Origin: Hadesarchaea archaeon
GTDB taxonomy: Archaea; Hadarchaeota; Hadarchaeia; Hadarchaeales; WYZ-LMO6
Length of the DNA: 39,589 bases
Assembly: GCA_029259185.1 (NCBI GenBank)
Contig: JAPDJF010000054.1
Span: forward strand, 1 to 39,589
Direction: 5' to 3'
Of this stretch, positions 36,247-39,589 are shown piece by piece; position 1 is the stretch's first letter, and each line of letters begins with the position of its first letter. The notes under the pieces were generated by a model. That model did not search any database and was not told the origin of the DNA. It saw only the letters and a list, made by a program, of their open reading frames with translations. The position numbers and the translations under genes were made by a program.

Positions 36247-36720
36247 ATGGAGAGTAAGCATGTTACGGTAATATTACTGAGCTTAGTAGCAATTGGGGGA
36301 ATAGGATGGGGTATCTCCGAGTTTATGCTAGAGCCCGTGCAGGTCCTCCCACCGAGAGTAGATAACTGGACGAAAATATTTCATGGATATGAAGCATATC
36401 TCGACAACCAGATTTTTTATTCCACAGTCAGCGGCACCAGCATGGCACCTACGATCAAGGATGGTGATGTCGTCCTTTGGGTGAAAGCGGATCCAGCTGA
36501 ACTTGAAGTCGGTGATATCATCGTCTATCAACACCCTACTCAACCAGGAGAAAAACTCATCGTCCACCGAATAATCCGAATAATAAAGGAAGGAGGGGAG
36601 TACATGTTTGAAACTAAAGGGGATAATCGGTTGGAATCGGATGCCGAAACGGCTATTGGTGCTTATTTAGTAGGGGAGGATGACCTAAGGGGGTTGGTGA
36701 TAGGCGTAGTGTACTACTGA
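36247..36720 (+). CDS. Signal peptidase I (S26, Sec11/SipW type)
   Basis: SGTSMAPT, VGDIIVY, IVHRII, TKGDN. Confidence 0.92.
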   Translation: MESKHVTVILLSLVAIGGIGWGISEFMLEPVQVLPPRVDNWTKIFHGYEAYLDNQIFYSTVSGTSMAPTIKDGDVVLWVKADPAELEVGDIIVYQHPTQPGEKLIVHRIIRIIKEGGEYMFETKGDNRLESDAETAIGAYLVGEDDLRGLVIGVVYY

Positions 36721-36897
36721 AAAATGAGGGGAATTTTTTCACTTTTTATTTGTTTCGGGAAAATTCTTAACTCCATAAACAAAACCAGCTAATGTTTTTA
36801 ATTTTGAAGCTTTCGGAAAAATCCTTAACTCCGTCTTTCATTTCCTCTCTTTAAACGCCCTAGATACGATTTTTCTCTGCAAAAAAATGGCAAAAAA

Positions 36898-37170
36898 ATG
36901 GTGCGCACTATGAAAAATTCTATTTTAGTTGTGGGGAGGGAACTTCTTTCAAGAGAGTGGGTCAGCCAAGTCGATTTGTGCCAGTTTACTGGATTTCCCG
37001 CTTGGAAAATCTCGCGTTTGTTTAAACGTCTAGAAATTTTTGGATTCGTAGAGGTCAAACGAGAATCTCGTTTCGTTAGGGGGAGGCCGAGGAAACTCTA
37101 TAGGCTAACTTCGAGTGGAGTCGAGTACTTCGCAGACTTGGTGGGGGGAGAGAGTCAGAGGTATCGGTAG
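36898..37170 (+). CDS. Small winged-HTH regulator
   Basis: SQVDLCQFTGFPAWKISRLFKRLE...RGRPRKLYRLTSSG. Confidence 0.75.
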   Translation: MVRTMKNSILVVGRELLSREWVSQVDLCQFTGFPAWKISRLFKRLEIFGFVEVKRESRFVRGRPRKLYRLTSSGVEYFADLVGGESQRYR

Positions 37171-37181
37171 AGGTGGGGGGC

Positions 37182-39589
37182 ATGATGATAGAAAGGAGTA
37201 ACTGGGTAAGACTGAACTTAGAGCAGAAAGCTCGAGCAGTGACACCGATCATGCTTGTTTTATTCTTACTCACCCAACTGGCACCAGTCACAGTTTCTGG
37301 CTCTCAAGGAATCAGGTTCCAATCTCTAGGTGGAGGTGCTGATGACGTATTGTCTGAGAACTCAACAGTGGAGAACTCGATGAGGGTTATCGAGGAGATA
37401 TCCCACAACTACTCGCTTATCGAGTTCTGGTCTGGCATCGTTGAGGAATATCCAGCTTGGCAGCTCGTTGAGAAGTGGTCTAAGAGCGTGGTCGAGAATC
37501 GGTTCAACGATAAAAGAACTGAAAACCTAATCACGAGTAAACAAATTGTAGAACGAACCAATGTTCCATTTAAAATCGTTATGGGATGGAGTTCAGTTGA
37601 AGTCTGGTCTGGAATGATCAACCCTCCTTCAACAGAGGTTATGGAGTTTCGCATATCTAACTCACCAGTTAGACGGATAAGGATTGTTGCAAAAGAAACG
37701 GTCACCACGGAAGTACAAGTAGAGTCGTTAGGGAAAAGACCCATGGGCGTGCCATCACTCGAAGGAATTGGAATTTATGATTATTTGGAAATATCAGCAT
37801 CGATTCCGAACGAACTCATCTCGAGGGTTGATATCGAGTTCAGTCTCTCGAAAGCTTGGATGGCACTTCATCAGGTGTATAGGAAGAGTATTGTTCTCTA
37901 TCACTACGACGGTTTGAGTTGGGAAGCGCTACCGACTTTCGAGTTAGGAGAGGATAGTGAGCAGGTATATTTCTTGGCACACAGTACCGGGTTCTCGATC
38001 TATGCCATCACATACGCCGGGGTGGAAACTGTCTACGAAGGTGGGACAACAGGTATTTCTGGAGCTCAAGATGATGATGGGATCTACGAAAACCTGTATG
38101 AGAACGATTACGGTGGGCTCATGTCGACTTTGTATAATTTTTCCTCCGGCGGAGGAACCGACAAGTGGTTCTACGATAGCGACGCAGGTGACGAGGGCGA
38201 CCCTCCAGCCGATCCTTCAGACGCTAGTTGGGAGGAGCAGACAGACTATGATTCAATTGCCAGTTCGGACGATATTAGCCACACATATACCATAACGGCA
38301 AACGTATTCAACAATCCCCACACGATGTTTAAGTTCACAATTTCTGAGGATCCATCATCGATAGAGAACATCGAGTGGTTATGGGAAGGCCATGCTGGAG
38401 GTGATGACATCGAAATCTTTGTATGGAACTCAACTACCGCCGCTTGGGAGTCTGTGGCCACCGATACAAGTGGCACGACTACGGATATTGTCCTCTCAGG
38501 GGCTATTACTGCGAGCGTTTCCGATTACATTGACGCAGATGGGTATTTCTATCTCTGTGCGATGAACGACTCAAACCGTGGGACGGATATTTCTACAGAC
38601 TATGTCGAGGTAGTGGTGAACTACTCTGGAGTGGCATATCGGATGGATATCCAACACGACATTACTGGAATTTTGGAGGGTGACAATTACGAACTCCAGA
38701 TCGAATACTATCTCGACGGAGATTCTGAAGCAGTTAGCGTTTACCTTTACAACTTTTCAACTACAGGCTGGGATAACGTTGGGGTTCTCACTTCTACGAT
38801 ACTTGACAACTTCACCTATGATCTCACGGGCACGGATTATATCTCTGCCGGTGAGGTTCGGGTACGATATGTCCAGCCTGACAACGATAGCATCCAGACT
38901 AGCTTGATGTTAGATTACACACGCGTAGAGACACGGCTGTGGCAGGTAGTTGAAAGTTGGGGTGGAACTACCAATGGACCAGCCAATTGGGTGCTTGTAG
39001 AAAGTTGGGTTGGAGCTATAGAAGCTCCCAAATGGTCAGTCATAGAGACATGGACGGGTACAGTCCAAGCACCTGCCGAATGGCAGGTAGTTGAGACATG
39101 GACCGCGAGCATGCAGGTCCCGGCAGCCTGGCACGTGGTCGACGCGTGGACCGGAACCGTGCAAGCTCCGGTGGGATGGAAGGTCGTCGAGACCTGGACG
39201 GGTACGGTGCAGGCGCCCGTCAAGTGGAGGATCGTTGAGGCATGGGTTGGAACAGTAAATGCCCCACCACCTGCTTGGGAAGTAATAGAGACTTGGACGG
39301 GTACAATAAGTGCGCCGATACCTACGTGGCAGGTAGTGAATGTGTGGAGTGGAACCGTGAGTGCACCACTTCCTAGTTGGAGGATCGTTGAGACATGGAC
39401 GGGCGCGGTGAGCGCACCCGCCGAGTGGAGGGTCGTCGACACATGGACCGGAACGATCACATCACCTGCCGAATGGCAGGTAGTTGAGACATGGACCGGA
39501 ACGATCACATCACCTGCCGAATGGCAGGTAGTTGAGACATGGACCGGAACGATCACATCACCTGCCGAATGGCAGGTAGTTGAGACATG
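37182..39589 (+). CDS. Large secreted surface protein (>800 aa, 3'-truncated) with PGF-pre-PGF-like domain and Trp-rich tandem repeats
   Basis: SD GAGGTG, ATG 37182, signal-like IMLVLFLLTQLAPV. IYDYLEI...WEALPT...YFLAHSTGFSIYAIT domain, an acidic beta-rich domain, then repeats. Absent from the track because there is no stop within the window. Confidence 0.85.
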   Translation, partial: MMIERSNWVRLNLEQKARAVTPIMLVLFLLTQLAPVTVSGSQGIRFQSLGGGADDVLSENSTVENSMRVIEEISHNYSLIEFWSGIVEEYPAWQLVEKWSKSVVENRFNDKRTENLITSKQIVERTNVPFKIVMGWSSVEVWSGMINPPSTEVMEFRISNSPVRRIRIVAKETVTTEVQVESLGKRPMGVPSLEGIGIYDYLEISASIPNELISRVDIEFSLSKAWMALHQVYRKSIVLYHYDGLSWEALPTFELGEDSEQVYFLAHSTGFSIYAITYAGVETVYEGGTTGISGAQDDDGIYENLYENDYGGLMSTLYNFSSGGGTDKWFYDSDAGDEGDPPADPSDASWEEQTDYDSIASSDDISHTYTITANVFNNPHTMFKFTISEDPSSIENIEWLWEGHAGGDDIEIFVWNSTTAAWESVATDTSGTTTDIVLSGAITASVSDYIDADGYFYLCAMNDSNRGTDISTDYVEVVVNYSGVAYRMDIQHDITGILEGDNYELQIEYYLDGDSEAVSVYLYNFSTTGWDNVGVLTSTILDNFTYDLTGTDYISAGEVRVRYVQPDNDSIQTSLMLDYTRVETRLWQVVESWGGTTNGPANWVLVESWVGAIEAPKWSVIETWTGTVQAPAEWQVVETWTASMQVPAAWHVVDAWTGTVQAPVGWKVVETWTGTVQAPVKWRIVEAWVGTVNAPPPAWEVIETWTGTISAPIPTWQVVNVWSGTVSAPLPSWRIVETWTGAVSAPAEWRVVDTWTGTITSPAEWQVVETWTGTITSPAEWQVVETWTGTITSPAEWQVVET
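38940..39589 (+). repeat. Coding tandem repeat, at least 14 units of 45-51 bp (WQVVETWTGTxxxPAE)
   Basis: The last three 48-bp units (39441-39584) are identical at DNA level. Confidence 0.9.

Noticed and set aside
158-38907. Numerous short antisense or alternate-frame ORFs in the track
   Set aside because: They overlap well-supported genes and show no recognisable motifs.
38940-39589. 48-bp repeats as a CRISPR array
   Set aside because: Units are contiguous with no unique spacers, lengths are multiples of 3, and they encode a peptide repeat. The minus-strand ORF 38915-39556 is its antisense shadow.

Overview
Archaeal genomic window. Gene content suggests an alkane-activating euryarchaeal-type lineage such as Hadarchaeota; this is inference only. 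(1) 1-8.6 kb: the 3' part of a divergent MCR-family alpha subunit (alkyl-CoM reductase type), followed by four SCP2 lipid-binding-domain genes, an ADP-forming acyl-CoA synthetase alpha subunit, a tungsten-type aldehyde:ferredoxin oxidoreductase and a 491-aa unknown protein. (2) 8.6-17.9 kb: a regulator, a GltS symporter, a FecCD/Btu-type ABC transporter, DUF2117, two tRNA-Gln genes with non-canonical D-loop introns, housekeeping genes and a TnpB relic. (3) 17970-27525: a complete 9,556-bp casposon-like element with perfect 204-bp terminal inverted repeats and a 15-bp target-site duplication containing a TATA box. It carries a solo Cas1 apparently starting at ACG, a protein-primed-type PolB with a variant catalytic motif, DNA-binding proteins and nuclease/membrane cargo. 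(4) 27.5-39.6 kb: PRC-barrel, radical SAM, TBP, a degenerate AroA paralogue, a prepilin peptidase, three omegaRNA-like IS200/IS605 mini-elements, a rhomboid, MazG, a secreted protein with a signal peptidase, and a large truncated surface protein with Trp-rich ~16-aa tandem repeats that the ORF track missed. All calls come from motif recognition by eye; no database search was run.
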